From Tepidiformaceae bacterium (GTDB lineage: Bacteria > Chloroflexota > Dehalococcoidia > Tepidiformales > Tepidiformaceae): a DNA stretch of 64,000 bases. A model generated the notes under the pieces. The model was not told the DNA's origin and did no database searches. It was given only the letters and a program-made list of their open reading frames with translations. Within the stretch, counting starts at the first letter, position 1, and every line of letters starts with the position of its first letter. Where the stretch lies: contig JBDSJC010000163.1 in NCBI GenBank assembly GCA_039917655.1, forward strand, positions 768-64,767, in the 5' to 3' direction. Shown here in pieces: positions 1 through 8,532 of this stretch. A program made the translations under genes and the position numbers.

Positions 1-963
1 TGGGTGCATGTGAGCGAAATCCATACGTTTATCGAGGGCGCTATTGAGCCGGTGGACATTGCGGGGATTGAGGATCGCGTCAACACGCTTTCGCCAGAAG
101 CGGACCGCGCGGAACTGCTCTCGCTGCTGAAAACGTGCAGCATCGACCAACTCGCGCTCGTCGAACAGCTCTTCCACATAATGCCGCCGATCCTCATCAG
201 GCAAGCCCTGGGGCTCTCAGCCATTGACCCCGAAGCGCAGGCGATTGCGGACCACGTGCGCCAACTGATCCGCGACGGCGACACCATCCAGGTGGGCGTT
301 GGCCAGCCGAGTTCGCTCATGTTCAAGGCGGGCGCCTTCGACGACGCGCAGCATCTCGGACTGCACACCGAACTCGGCTCGCCCGGCCTGGCCCGGCTGT
401 GGGAGCGCGGCATTCTCGATAACTCGATGAAAACCATCCACCGCGGGAAGTCGGTCGCCGTCGCCTGGAGCGGTTGTGATGGCGCAGACTTGAAAATCAT
501 CGCGAACAACCCCGCATTCGAGCTTTACGACCCGGATTACCTGCTCAACCCGCTGCTGATGGCCCAGAACCGCAACATGACGTCGATCAACAGCGCGATC
601 GCCGTCGACCTCATCGGCCAGATCGCGAGCGAGGATCGATTTGGCGGGCACATGGTCAACGGCACCGGCGGCCAGCCAGATACCCACCTCGCGGCCTCGC
701 TCTGCAAGGGTGGCAGGGCCATCACGGTGATGCGCTCGACGGCGCTGGAAGGCGCCCTCTCGAAGGTCGTCGCCCGGCACGAGGCGGGCACGATGATTAC
801 CATCCCGCGCTACCTCGCAGACACGATCGTGACGGAACACGGCATCGCGCGGCTGCTCGACAAGAACCACCGCCAGCGCGCCGAGGAGCTAATCAGCATC
901 GCCCATCCGGACTTCCGGGCCGAACTGCGCGACCAGGCGAACGAACTGGTGGGGAGCCTCTAA
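1..963 (+). CDS. acetyl-CoA hydrolase/transferase family protein (4-hydroxybutyrate CoA-transferase-like), 5'-truncated by window edge
   Basis: The frame is open from base 1. The C-terminal domain signature NGTGGQPDTHLAA...AITVMRST and the ending IAHPDFRAEL are typical of the acetyl-CoA hydrolase/transferase C-terminal domain. Its stop overlaps the convergent MaoC gene stop by 3-4 nt. Confidence 0.8.
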   Translation, partial: WVHVSEIHTFIEGAIEPVDIAGIEDRVNTLSPEADRAELLSLLKTCSIDQLALVEQLFHIMPPILIRQALGLSAIDPEAQAIADHVRQLIRDGDTIQVGVGQPSSLMFKAGAFDDAQHLGLHTELGSPGLARLWERGILDNSMKTIHRGKSVAVAWSGCDGADLKIIANNPAFELYDPDYLLNPLLMAQNRNMTSINSAIAVDLIGQIASEDRFGGHMVNGTGGQPDTHLAASLCKGGRAITVMRSTALEGALSKVVARHEAGTMITIPRYLADTIVTEHGIARLLDKNHRQRAEELISIAHPDFRAELRDQANELVGSL

Positions 964-1430
964 CTCCCCGCGCCCGGTCTCCGGCGAATCAACACCCGGC
1001 GTTCGCCTTCGAACACGGTCTTGCCATCCTGGTTCAGCCCAAGGTGGCGAAAGAGCACTTCGCCGGCGTCGGCACGGTCGCCGTTAGCGGTCTCCAGAAC
1101 TTCACTATAGGCGTAGAGCGTGTCTCCGTGAAACACCGGCGAGCGGAAGCGGATCTTGCCGAGCGTCAGCTCTCGCAGCGCGTTCTCACCCGTGTCCTGC
1201 ATCGCCAGCCCGATGACCATCGCGGCGGTGATCCCGCCGAAGACGATGCGATGCTGCAGCGGCCCCTTCGCCATCTGGTCTTCGTTGAAGTGGCCCTGCG
1301 CAGTGTTCATCACCAAGTTGGTGATCAGCACGTTGTCCATCTCCGTGACCGTCTTCCCGCGAGCATGTTGATAGGCGTCACCAACGTGGTAGTCCTCGAA
1401 GTAGTTGTCGTTGCCCGTGAGCCAACTCAT
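960..1430 (-). CDS. MaoC-like (R)-specific enoyl-CoA hydratase / hot-dog fold dehydratase subunit
   Basis: Internal start MSWLTGNDNYFEDYHVGD... within ORF 960..1670. The ATG at 1430..1428 overlaps the TGA of the upstream acyl-CoA dehydrogenase (ATGA). The pattern NxxxGHFNE...RFRSPVFHGDTLY is typical of hot-dog fold proteins. Confidence 0.8.
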   Translation of the reverse strand: MSWLTGNDNYFEDYHVGDAYQHARGKTVTEMDNVLITNLVMNTAQGHFNEDQMAKGPLQHRIVFGGITAAMVIGLAMQDTGENALRELTLGKIRFRSPVFHGDTLYAYSEVLETANGDRADAGEVLFRHLGLNQDGKTVFEGERRVLIRRRPGAGS

Positions 1431-2590
1431 CAACGGTCCCCGATGATCCGGTCCGAGATGATCCGCAGCTGGATCTCGCTTGTGCCCTCGAAGATCTTGG
1501 TCAGCCTTGCGTCTCGCCAGTAGCGTTCGATCGGCAGGTCGGTGGTGTAGCCGTAGCCGCCGTGGATCTGGAGGCCCTGGCTGGTCACGCGTTCCGCCAT
1601 CTCGCTGGCAAACCACTTCGCCATCCCTGCCTCCTTGTCGCAACGGCGACCGGTGTCGATGGCGTCGCACACGAAGTAGGTGAGTTGCCGCGCGGCTTCG
1701 ATTTCGGCGGCCATCTCCGCCAGCTTGAAGCGAATCGCCTGGAAGCTGGCGATCGGCTGGCGGAACTGAACGCGTTGCTTGGCGTAGACGATCGAATCGT
1801 CCAGGGATCCCCGTGCCAGGCCGATGGCCCGCGCCGCGGTGTGGGCGCGCGCCCCTTCAAGGAATCCCACGGCCGATTTGAAGCCGGAGTCGTTGCCGGC
1901 ACGATCCTGGCCCAACTGCGCCGAGAGCGGCACGCGGAAATCGTCGAACCGAAGCTCCCACGTCTTCCACCCGTGGTAGCCGATCTTGTTCACCGGCGTC
2001 CCGGTCACACCTTCCGGCAGCTTCCCGCGTTCCTTTTCGAAGAAGAACATACTGGTGCCCGCGTGGCGGCGCTTGTCGTCCATGTCCTGCGTCCGGCAGA
2101 GCACGGTCATGTAGTCCGCGCCGTCGGCGAAGGTGCACCACATCTTGTTGCCGGTGATCACCCATTCGTCGCCGTCGCGGCGCGCGCGGCACTGGATGTT
2201 CGCCAGGTCCGAGCCGGCATCCGCTTCAGACAGAGCGACGGCGCCCAGGAACTCGCCCCGCGCCATCCGCGGCAGGTAGTTCTGCTTTTGCTCATCGCTG
2301 AACCCGCCTCCCAGCCCGTTGCCGCGGGCGATGATGCTCGCCACGCTCATCCAGCTTCGGGCCAGCTCCTCCGTGACCAGGATGTACTCGAACACCCCCA
2401 GTTCCGAGCCACCGTAGCGTTCCGGGATGCGCATCCCGAAGTAGCCAAGCTTCCCCATCTTGTCTCGCAGGTCCATGGGGATGTCGCCCTTGATCTTGTC
2501 CAGCTCGTTGGCGACCGGCAGCACTTCTTTCAGCGAAAAGTCGCGCGCCGTCTGCTGGATCATCAGCCGTTCTTCGGTCAAATAGCTCAT
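1430..2590 (-). CDS. acyl-CoA dehydrogenase
   Basis: Internal start MSYLTEERLMIQQTARDF... within ORF 1430..3097. ACAD hallmarks are present (GxxGxxxPExYGG, WITNG-like WVITGNKMWCT, C-terminal QIHGGYGYTxD...YRDARLTKIFEGTSEIQ). Its start overlaps the stop of the upstream MaoC gene (ATGA). Confidence 0.92.
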   Translation of the reverse strand: MSYLTEERLMIQQTARDFSLKEVLPVANELDKIKGDIPMDLRDKMGKLGYFGMRIPERYGGSELGVFEYILVTEELARSWMSVASIIARGNGLGGGFSDEQKQNYLPRMARGEFLGAVALSEADAGSDLANIQCRARRDGDEWVITGNKMWCTFADGADYMTVLCRTQDMDDKRRHAGTSMFFFEKERGKLPEGVTGTPVNKIGYHGWKTWELRFDDFRVPLSAQLGQDRAGNDSGFKSAVGFLEGARAHTAARAIGLARGSLDDSIVYAKQRVQFRQPIASFQAIRFKLAEMAAEIEAARQLTYFVCDAIDTGRRCDKEAGMAKWFASEMAERVTSQGLQIHGGYGYTTDLPIERYWRDARLTKIFEGTSEIQLRIISDRIIGDR

Positions 2591-3075
2591 TGGCCCCGCC
2601 TTTTCATCACAAAGTTCGTCCGTTTGAAATCGATGACACGCTCGTTGCGCTGGTTGAAGCCCTCGGTGTGCCAGGTGACGATGCCCTGCTCTGGACGGCT
2701 GTCGGATTCGCGCTTGTCCATTACCGTGCTCCGGGCTGTGAGTGTGTCGCCCGGATAGCAGTCCTGCCAGAACGTCAGCTCTTCGACGCCGAGGAACAGT
2801 CCGCCGGATTCGCTGTTGTCTTCGACCGACAGGCCGAACACGGTCAGGAAGACGAGGTTCGCGTTGAGAAGGATGCCGGGGTGGCCGTTCGCCTTCGCGT
2901 ATTCGGCGTTGAAGTAGTGCGGGTTGTAGCTCAGCGTCAGGGTCGAAAAGAGGCTGTTGTCCCCGTCGTTCAGCGTCCGTCCCCAGTGGTGTTCGAAGAC
3001 CTGCCCCACAGTGAAATCCTCGAACTGGTTGCCCTTGGGGTGTTTGACGGCGCGCGCCACAAGCTCTTCGGTCAT
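2587..3075 (-). CDS. MaoC-like dehydratase / hot-dog fold hydratase subunit (second paralogue)
   Basis: 162-aa ORF with FEDFTVGQVFEH...NPHYFNAEYA...GILLNANLVF, a MaoC dehydratase-like pattern. It has ATGA overlaps at both ends (with PrpD-family upstream, ACAD downstream). Confidence 0.8.
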   Translation of the reverse strand: MTEELVARAVKHPKGNQFEDFTVGQVFEHHWGRTLNDGDNSLFSTLTLSYNPHYFNAEYAKANGHPGILLNANLVFLTVFGLSVEDNSESGGLFLGVEELTFWQDCYPGDTLTARSTVMDKRESDSRPEQGIVTWHTEGFNQRNERVIDFKRTNFVMKRRGQ

Positions 3076-4436
3076 ACCGCCGCGCCCTGCCGAGCAACCG
3101 CCAGCGACACCAGATCGGCCATCTTCTGCTCGCCCTCGAGGCGGCTGATTCTTGCTAGCAGGGCGTCCGCGGCATCCTCTCCGATCACCGGCCTTGCCAG
3201 CGAAAAGAACTTCGCCTCCAGGCGCGCCCGCTGTAGTTCCAGGTCGTTGGCCGGCGTTTCAAGGTTCACGGAAGTACGCAACTCCGCGCCCGACGTTGTC
3301 GTGATTGTGACCTCGGTCCCGGCGCCCTTTTCGCGTGCAGCAACGGTCACGCGATCACGCAACTCCACCAACTCTGGCAGGCGCACCGCACTGTCGGTGA
3401 ACGCCTGTTCGCTCGTATCGTTGCCGGTCATCGCCAGGGCGGCGGTGAAGCGCAGGCTGAACTTCCCTTCGAGCGCCGTCGATGGCTCCTGGATATTGCA
3501 CATCGCGAGATTGCCGCGCGGCACAGTGAGCTGGATCTGGCGAATATCGCCGGGCAGCAGGCCGTGTTCGTCCTTGAGGCGCAGGACGCCCTCGATCGTT
3601 TCGTGGGTGCCGTAGCAGGCAGCGTGATACTTAAACAGCACTCCCCGAATGGCGAACTCCTGGCCGAGCCCGCTTAAGGCACGCTCCGGGTTCGGCGTCG
3701 TCGTTTGTGTGGCGGCGAAGCCTTGCGCAACTTCGAGCACCGCCGGGTTGCTCGTGAATCCCCGACCCGCCAGCGTCGCCGCGAGCAGCCCGTTGGCCGA
3801 GGCCTTGCCCGCGTGCAGCGGCTTGCACATCGTCCCGAACATCGACTTCAGGCCCGCCGCCTGCGCGCCGGCGATGCCAAGCGCGTTCAGCCACTGCTCT
3901 TCGCTCAGCCCCATCAGGTGGGCGCACGCTGCCGCCGCGCCAAACGTCCCGAGGGTACCCGTGGCGTGGAAGCCTGTGCTGTAGTGCCCCGGCATTACCA
4001 GTGCGCCGACCCGGCACTCGACTTCGAAGCCAGCCACGAACGCCGCGATGAAGTCCGCTCCCGAAGCACCTCGATGTTCAGCCAGCGCCAGCAGGGCGGG
4101 GATCACCGGGACGGAGGGGTGGCCGCTCATCGTCATCTGTACGTCATCGAAATCGAGGGCGTGAGAGGCCGCGCCGTTGATGAGTGCCGCCTGCTGCATG
4201 CTCGTCCGCATTCCGCGACCGATGACCGTCGCCTGCGGGTTGCCGCCGCTCTCCAGCGCCTCGTCTCGGAGGATGCGTGCGAGCGGCTCGTTCGCCCCCG
4301 CGAGCGTCACGCCAAACCAATCCAGCACGCACTGGCGGGCCAGGACGACGACATCGGCTGGCAAAGACTCGAACGAAATAGCGCGTGCGCTCGCCGCGAT
4401 TGCGCGAGTGACCCCATCCATCGGGGATACAGTCAT
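3072..4436 (-). CDS. MmgE/PrpD family protein (2-methylcitrate dehydratase superfamily)
   Basis: 454 aa. The N-terminus (FESLPADVVVLARQCVLDWFGVTLAG), the mid region (GHPSVPVIPALLALAE, FHATGTLGTFGAAAA) and the length match the MmgE/PrpD family. Confidence 0.85.
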   Translation of the reverse strand: MTVSPMDGVTRAIAASARAISFESLPADVVVLARQCVLDWFGVTLAGANEPLARILRDEALESGGNPQATVIGRGMRTSMQQAALINGAASHALDFDDVQMTMSGHPSVPVIPALLALAEHRGASGADFIAAFVAGFEVECRVGALVMPGHYSTGFHATGTLGTFGAAAACAHLMGLSEEQWLNALGIAGAQAAGLKSMFGTMCKPLHAGKASANGLLAATLAGRGFTSNPAVLEVAQGFAATQTTTPNPERALSGLGQEFAIRGVLFKYHAACYGTHETIEGVLRLKDEHGLLPGDIRQIQLTVPRGNLAMCNIQEPSTALEGKFSLRFTAALAMTGNDTSEQAFTDSAVRLPELVELRDRVTVAAREKGAGTEVTITTTSGAELRTSVNLETPANDLELQRARLEAKFFSLARPVIGEDAADALLARISRLEGEQKMADLVSLAVARQGAAV

Positions 4437-4753
4437 TGATCCACCTCCGCAGCCGTCTCACTGCCTGGACACTCTAGCGCCGGAAGGCAAGGTTGCCAAA
4501 ACGCACGGAGGCTGGGCGGATTCCGGGCCTTGGGGGAGGGCGTGGAGATGCGGTTGCTACTCGCAGCGCAGCGCCTCCGCCGCCAGACGCGGGGTGCGCC
4601 GCCCGCGCTGAGCAACACGTCGGGATGACACCGTTGGCGCGGCTAGGGTTGGGCGCGACGACTTCCAGGGGCCGGCAACGAAGTAGGATCTGGAGGCAAA
4701 GAGGGAGTGAATGCAGCAGCCGGCGATGCCCTGGTCGGACGTCCGGTTGGAGG

Positions 4754-5503
4754 TCACACGTTGACGAGGTCGAAGTGCTTTGCCCAGGGGGAACCTACGA
4801 ACCGCTGTACTCGGCCTCGCAGCGCCTCCGCATGTTCGGTAGAGGGTAGGACGAAAAAAAGCCGAGTGGTTCCACGACGGTAGCGTAAGCACAAGACTGG
4901 CTCCGTCACCGAACCTCGAAGCTGGTTGGCCCACCGCTGCGCCTGCGTCGAGACGTTCGCACTGCGGTCGGCGTGGTGGTAAACGATTACGGATTGTCCT
5001 CGCTCGCGGAGCGCCGTCAGCTCCGCCAGCCCCGCGAACTTCTCGCCGAATTTCGAGAGCAGCTTCACTGGGTCGATGGCGATGCCGTTGTCTGGGTCGC
5101 AGAACACTAGCTGGGATTCTTCGGTCGCTCGAAGCGCTGCTCCCCACCACAAAGCCCGGCTGGTTTCGCGCTTGCCATGCTGTAGACCAGAAAGCTCCAA
5201 ACGGTCGTCGAAGTACACCGTCCCGGGTGGGAGGACGCCCATGTCGGGGAGAAGCGTAACGGACCGACGCCTCGATACAGCCCCCTTTAAGGCGTCGAAT
5301 AGTTTGGGGTCGCAAATTCGATACTTGTCGGCTTTGTCGAGGTACCCAACGTGCTTCCCGTCGCTATTGTGCGTTTCGTCGCCGACCAAGTACCAGACGA
5401 TTCCCAGCCGTAGGGCCAGATCCTGCGGTTGCACACCGCAGAGAGCCCGAAGCAGTCCATACTTCCCGAAGTCACCCACATCGCCGAAGTACCGATCCTG
5501 CAT
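4754..5503 (-). CDS. hypothetical protein (conserved-looking, no family recognised)
   Basis: 249-aa ORF with coding-like composition, starting MQDRYFGDVGDFGKYGLLRAL and containing LVFCDPDNGI. It is flanked by ~300 bp non-coding spacers on both sides. Confidence 0.6.
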   Translation of the reverse strand: MQDRYFGDVGDFGKYGLLRALCGVQPQDLALRLGIVWYLVGDETHNSDGKHVGYLDKADKYRICDPKLFDALKGAVSRRRSVTLLPDMGVLPPGTVYFDDRLELSGLQHGKRETSRALWWGAALRATEESQLVFCDPDNGIAIDPVKLLSKFGEKFAGLAELTALRERGQSVIVYHHADRSANVSTQAQRWANQLRGSVTEPVLCLRYRRGTTRLFFVLPSTEHAEALRGRVQRFVGSPWAKHFDLVNV

Positions 5504-5796
5504 GGCAAAAGAATATCAGCGGCCGCCGAACGCGCAGAGGGTTCGCCAGCTGCCGGTGCGGATGAGTCGCGCCGGGTTCTTCCCCATGCCTCGTCGCTGG
5601 TACTCATTCGGCCGACCGGTCGTTGGGTATCATCGCCCGATTGAATCTGAGACTCCTCTGCCCGCTGGGCGAGGCGCGTGGCCGCGATCGGCGGGGAAGT
5701 CAAGATCACGGGCGACGGCGTCCCTGGCGGCACGCTGGTAAACGCCTGGGTGCCGGTCTCCGAGTAGCGCCCGCGTTGCTCTGCTATCCTCGATAG

Positions 5797-6672
5797 GTGG
5801 ACTTTCTCCAAGTTGATCGCCGGCCAGACCTTCACGACCCCGTCGCGGTCGTAGCCTTTGCCGGCTGGAATGATGCCGCCTCAGCAGCGACCAATGCCGC
5901 CCGCTTCGTTGTCCGCCGGCTCGGCGCGCGCAAGTTCGCTAGCATTGACCCGGAGCCGTTCATCGACTTCCGCGAGACGCGACCGACAGTCCGCATCAAC
6001 AGCCGCGATGAGCGCGAAATCAGCTGGCCAGCAAACGACTTCTTCTACGCTCGCAACCCTGCCGGGCCGCACGACATTGTGGTGGCCGTAGGCATCGAGC
6101 CAAACCTCCGCTGGCGAACTTTCGCTGACGCCTACGCGGATCTGTTCCGCGAGATGAACGTGAAGCTTTCGGTTTCGCTTGGGGCGTTGATGGCGGAAGT
6201 CCCGCATACGCGCGACGTACGCGTCACGGGCAGCGCCTTCGATCCGTCGGTCGCGAAAGATCTCGAGTTGAGCGTCTCCAACTACGAAGGGCCAACCGGG
6301 ATCGTGGGAATACTCCACCAGCAACTGCGTGAACGAGAACTGCCAGCGGCGAGCCTCTGGGCCAACGTGCCGCACTACATCACAACGTCCCAGAACCCGC
6401 CGGCGACCGTGGCCTTGCTGAAGCGCCTACAGAAACTTCTCGACATCCAGTTCGACTACAGCGAACTGGAATCGGCTGGTTCACGATTTGTCGATGAGAT
6501 AAATACCGCCATCTCGGGCAACGCCGATGTGCTGGAGTACGTCCGCCGGCTGGAGACAGCGATGGACTCCGGAGAGGACAGGCCCACGACGGAAGGCACC
6601 CCGCTCCCTCCCGGTGAGGATATGGTGCTCGACGTTGAAGCGTTCCTCCGCAGCCAGCGGGACGACGACTAA
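5797..6672 (+). CDS. PAC2 (proteasome assembly chaperone 2-like) family protein
   Basis: 291 aa with a GTG start. The pattern L..PV.VVAFAGWNDAASAAT.A...........F..IDPE.F.DF...RP, the downstream GPTGIVG, and the acidic C-terminal tail are typical of bacterial PAC2 proteins. Confidence 0.7.
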   Translation: MDFLQVDRRPDLHDPVAVVAFAGWNDAASAATNAARFVVRRLGARKFASIDPEPFIDFRETRPTVRINSRDEREISWPANDFFYARNPAGPHDIVVAVGIEPNLRWRTFADAYADLFREMNVKLSVSLGALMAEVPHTRDVRVTGSAFDPSVAKDLELSVSNYEGPTGIVGILHQQLRERELPAASLWANVPHYITTSQNPPATVALLKRLQKLLDIQFDYSELESAGSRFVDEINTAISGNADVLEYVRRLETAMDSGEDRPTTEGTPLPPGEDMVLDVEAFLRSQRDDD

Positions 6673-6680
6673 TCGCCGGT

Positions 6681-7199
6681 CTAGATCCCGAAGGGCAGCC
6701 CCAACTGACCTTTATGCGCGTTGATCTCTCCAAGGTGCATGAATCCGTGGGTCATGATCACCTGGCGGAAGACCTTCCAACGCGGCATCTCGCCGAGCGG
6801 CTTGATCATCTGCACCTCTTCGAGCGTTTCCAGCGGCACGTCTTTCAAGAACGCCGCGCAGTTTTTCGCAACCGAGGCTGAATACTCCAAGAGCATCGCG
6901 AGGTCCGCAATCTGAATGGCGCGGGCGTCTTCGAGGGCCATCCCCGTGCCCTGGGCGACCTTCGGGAGCCCCATCCTTTCGACGAAGCCATCCTCCATCC
7001 AGACGGGGTTTTTGCGCTGCATCACGAAGTTCGTGATGTTGTCCTGCGTGCGCAGGATGTGCCAGGCGTTGAAGCCGATGCTCAGCGACTGGCCCTCCGG
7101 CAGCCAGTTCAGCTGCTCCGGGCTTACCTCGTTCAGCGCATTGTCCAGCCACTCATTGAGCTGGCCAATACCGTCGATCAGGATGTCGCGGATGTCCAT
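6681..7199 (-). CDS. DinB family (DinB_2 four-helix bundle) protein
   Basis: 172 aa with His residues spaced as in DinB-fold metal sites (NAWHILR ... THGFMHLGEI). Confidence 0.7.
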   Translation of the reverse strand: MDIRDILIDGIGQLNEWLDNALNEVSPEQLNWLPEGQSLSIGFNAWHILRTQDNITNFVMQRKNPVWMEDGFVERMGLPKVAQGTGMALEDARAIQIADLAMLLEYSASVAKNCAAFLKDVPLETLEEVQMIKPLGEMPRWKVFRQVIMTHGFMHLGEINAHKGQLGLPFGI

Positions 7200-7265
7200 G
7201 TTCGATCACTCCTCTTGCGGGGTTGCTTTCAGGTTGGCGCAGTCTAGCGGCCCCCCACGTGCACT

Positions 7266-8258
7266 TCAAACAACTGACGGTGGGGCAACAGCCAGGTCCG
7301 CGGGGGCGAGCGCTGTCAGCTCGCCGCGCTGCCGCCTGCCGGCCGCCCGGACGAGCGCATAAAGCGTTTCGACGGCCGGTGGGTCCACTCCCAAACGTCG
7401 CGCCCGCCTCAGCGGCTCGCCAAAGATCGCCTCACTCTCCATCCCACGACCGAGCACGAAATCGATCACCATGCTGGTGCGGTACTCCCCCATCGTGCCG
7501 GTCTGGGCGAACATCCGGTCCACCACGGCCTCCGGGTCCAGCCGCGCGCTTGCCCCCGAGGCTGCCAAATCGGCGTTGCCGATGGCGATCACCTCACGCA
7601 TCGCGCGCTCCGCGGTGGCCCGCATTGGCCCATCCTGGACGATGCTCTGGGTGCCGATCCCGCCGCCGGCCACACTCAGCCCGTTGAAAGGGATGTTCCA
7701 ACAGAGCTTCTCCCAGCGAGCGTACCGCAGGCTGGGAGCAGTGGTCACTTCGATATCGGCCGATTCAAGCACTGCTTGAAGCCGGGCGAGTTCGTTGGGA
7801 CTGTCCTCGAAGTGCCCGATGGACACGCGGCCGTACTCAAGGTGGTGAATCACTCCCGGTTCGCCGCGGTTGATGCACACGAAGGCCATCCCACCGAACA
7901 CGCGTGCGGGGCCGAACCAGGCAGCAAACTGCTCTTCGACGCCAAGTCCGTTCATCAACGCGAGGATGCGCGTCTCCGGCCCGAGGCAGGGCGCAACCAG
8001 CTCCCGCGCCTGCCCGATCGCCGTGGCCTTGAGCGAGCAGACCACCCAATCCACCGCGCCGATCTCCTCGGCCGTGGCGAACGCGGAGACCGACGGGAGC
8101 CGGAAATCTCCGCGGATGCTCCGCACGTCCAGGCCATCGCGGCGCACAGCAGCCAGGTCGCCGCGCATCAGGAAGCGGACATCGTGGCCGGCGCGCGCGA
8201 GGAGCGCGCCGTAGTAGCCGCCCACCGCACCCGCGCCGATCACCGCAATGGAAACCAT
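7266..8258 (-). CDS. panE: 2-dehydropantoate 2-reductase (ketopantoate reductase, ApbA/PanE family)
   Basis: Internal start MVSIAVIGAGAVGGYYGALLARAGHDV (Rossmann GxGxxG) within ORF 7266..8426. The C-terminal ApbA_C-like region contains KLCWNIPFNGLS and EYRTSMVID. Confidence 0.8.
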   Translation of the reverse strand: MVSIAVIGAGAVGGYYGALLARAGHDVRFLMRGDLAAVRRDGLDVRSIRGDFRLPSVSAFATAEEIGAVDWVVCSLKATAIGQARELVAPCLGPETRILALMNGLGVEEQFAAWFGPARVFGGMAFVCINRGEPGVIHHLEYGRVSIGHFEDSPNELARLQAVLESADIEVTTAPSLRYARWEKLCWNIPFNGLSVAGGGIGTQSIVQDGPMRATAERAMREVIAIGNADLAASGASARLDPEAVVDRMFAQTGTMGEYRTSMVIDFVLGRGMESEAIFGEPLRRARRLGVDPPAVETLYALVRAAGRRQRGELTALAPADLAVAPPSVV

Positions 8259-8515
8259 CGGCCAAGGATAGCGGACGCGCGCAGGCCCCGGAGAGTCGCC
8301 AGGTTGACGGGGTGACATAACTTCGATAGCTCCGGGGCACCATATTGAGCGGATTCCGCGATTACGACCGGTGAGCTTGCGCCAGCACGGGAGAGAACGA
8401 TGTACAGACTCACAGCCGAACGCCACTTACTGGCCGCCGCAGTGGCTTTCACGGCCTTTGCGGGGCTGTTGACCCTAATTAGCTAGCCCCAGGCACGGCG
8501 GCAGCAGCTACAATG

Positions 8516-8529
8516 CGAACATCGGTTCG
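8516..8529 (+). promoter_or_regulatory. LexA (Cheo/SOS) box CGAAC-N4-GTTCG in front of dinB
   Basis: The exact sequence CGAACATCGGTTCG lies 4 nt upstream of the dinB ATG (8533). It sits immediately downstream of a TACAAT -10-like hexamer (8509-8514). It matches the Gram-positive-type LexA operator consensus CGAACN4GTTCG. Confidence 0.6.
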
Positions 8530-8532
8530 CCT

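Noticed and set aside
5287-5835. A 182-aa minus-strand ORF spanning the spacer between the orphan gene and the PAC2 gene.
   Set aside because: It overlaps both flanking gene ends and the divergent promoter region. It has no RBS, and its sequence is Ser/Pro/Thr/Arg-rich and non-protein-like.
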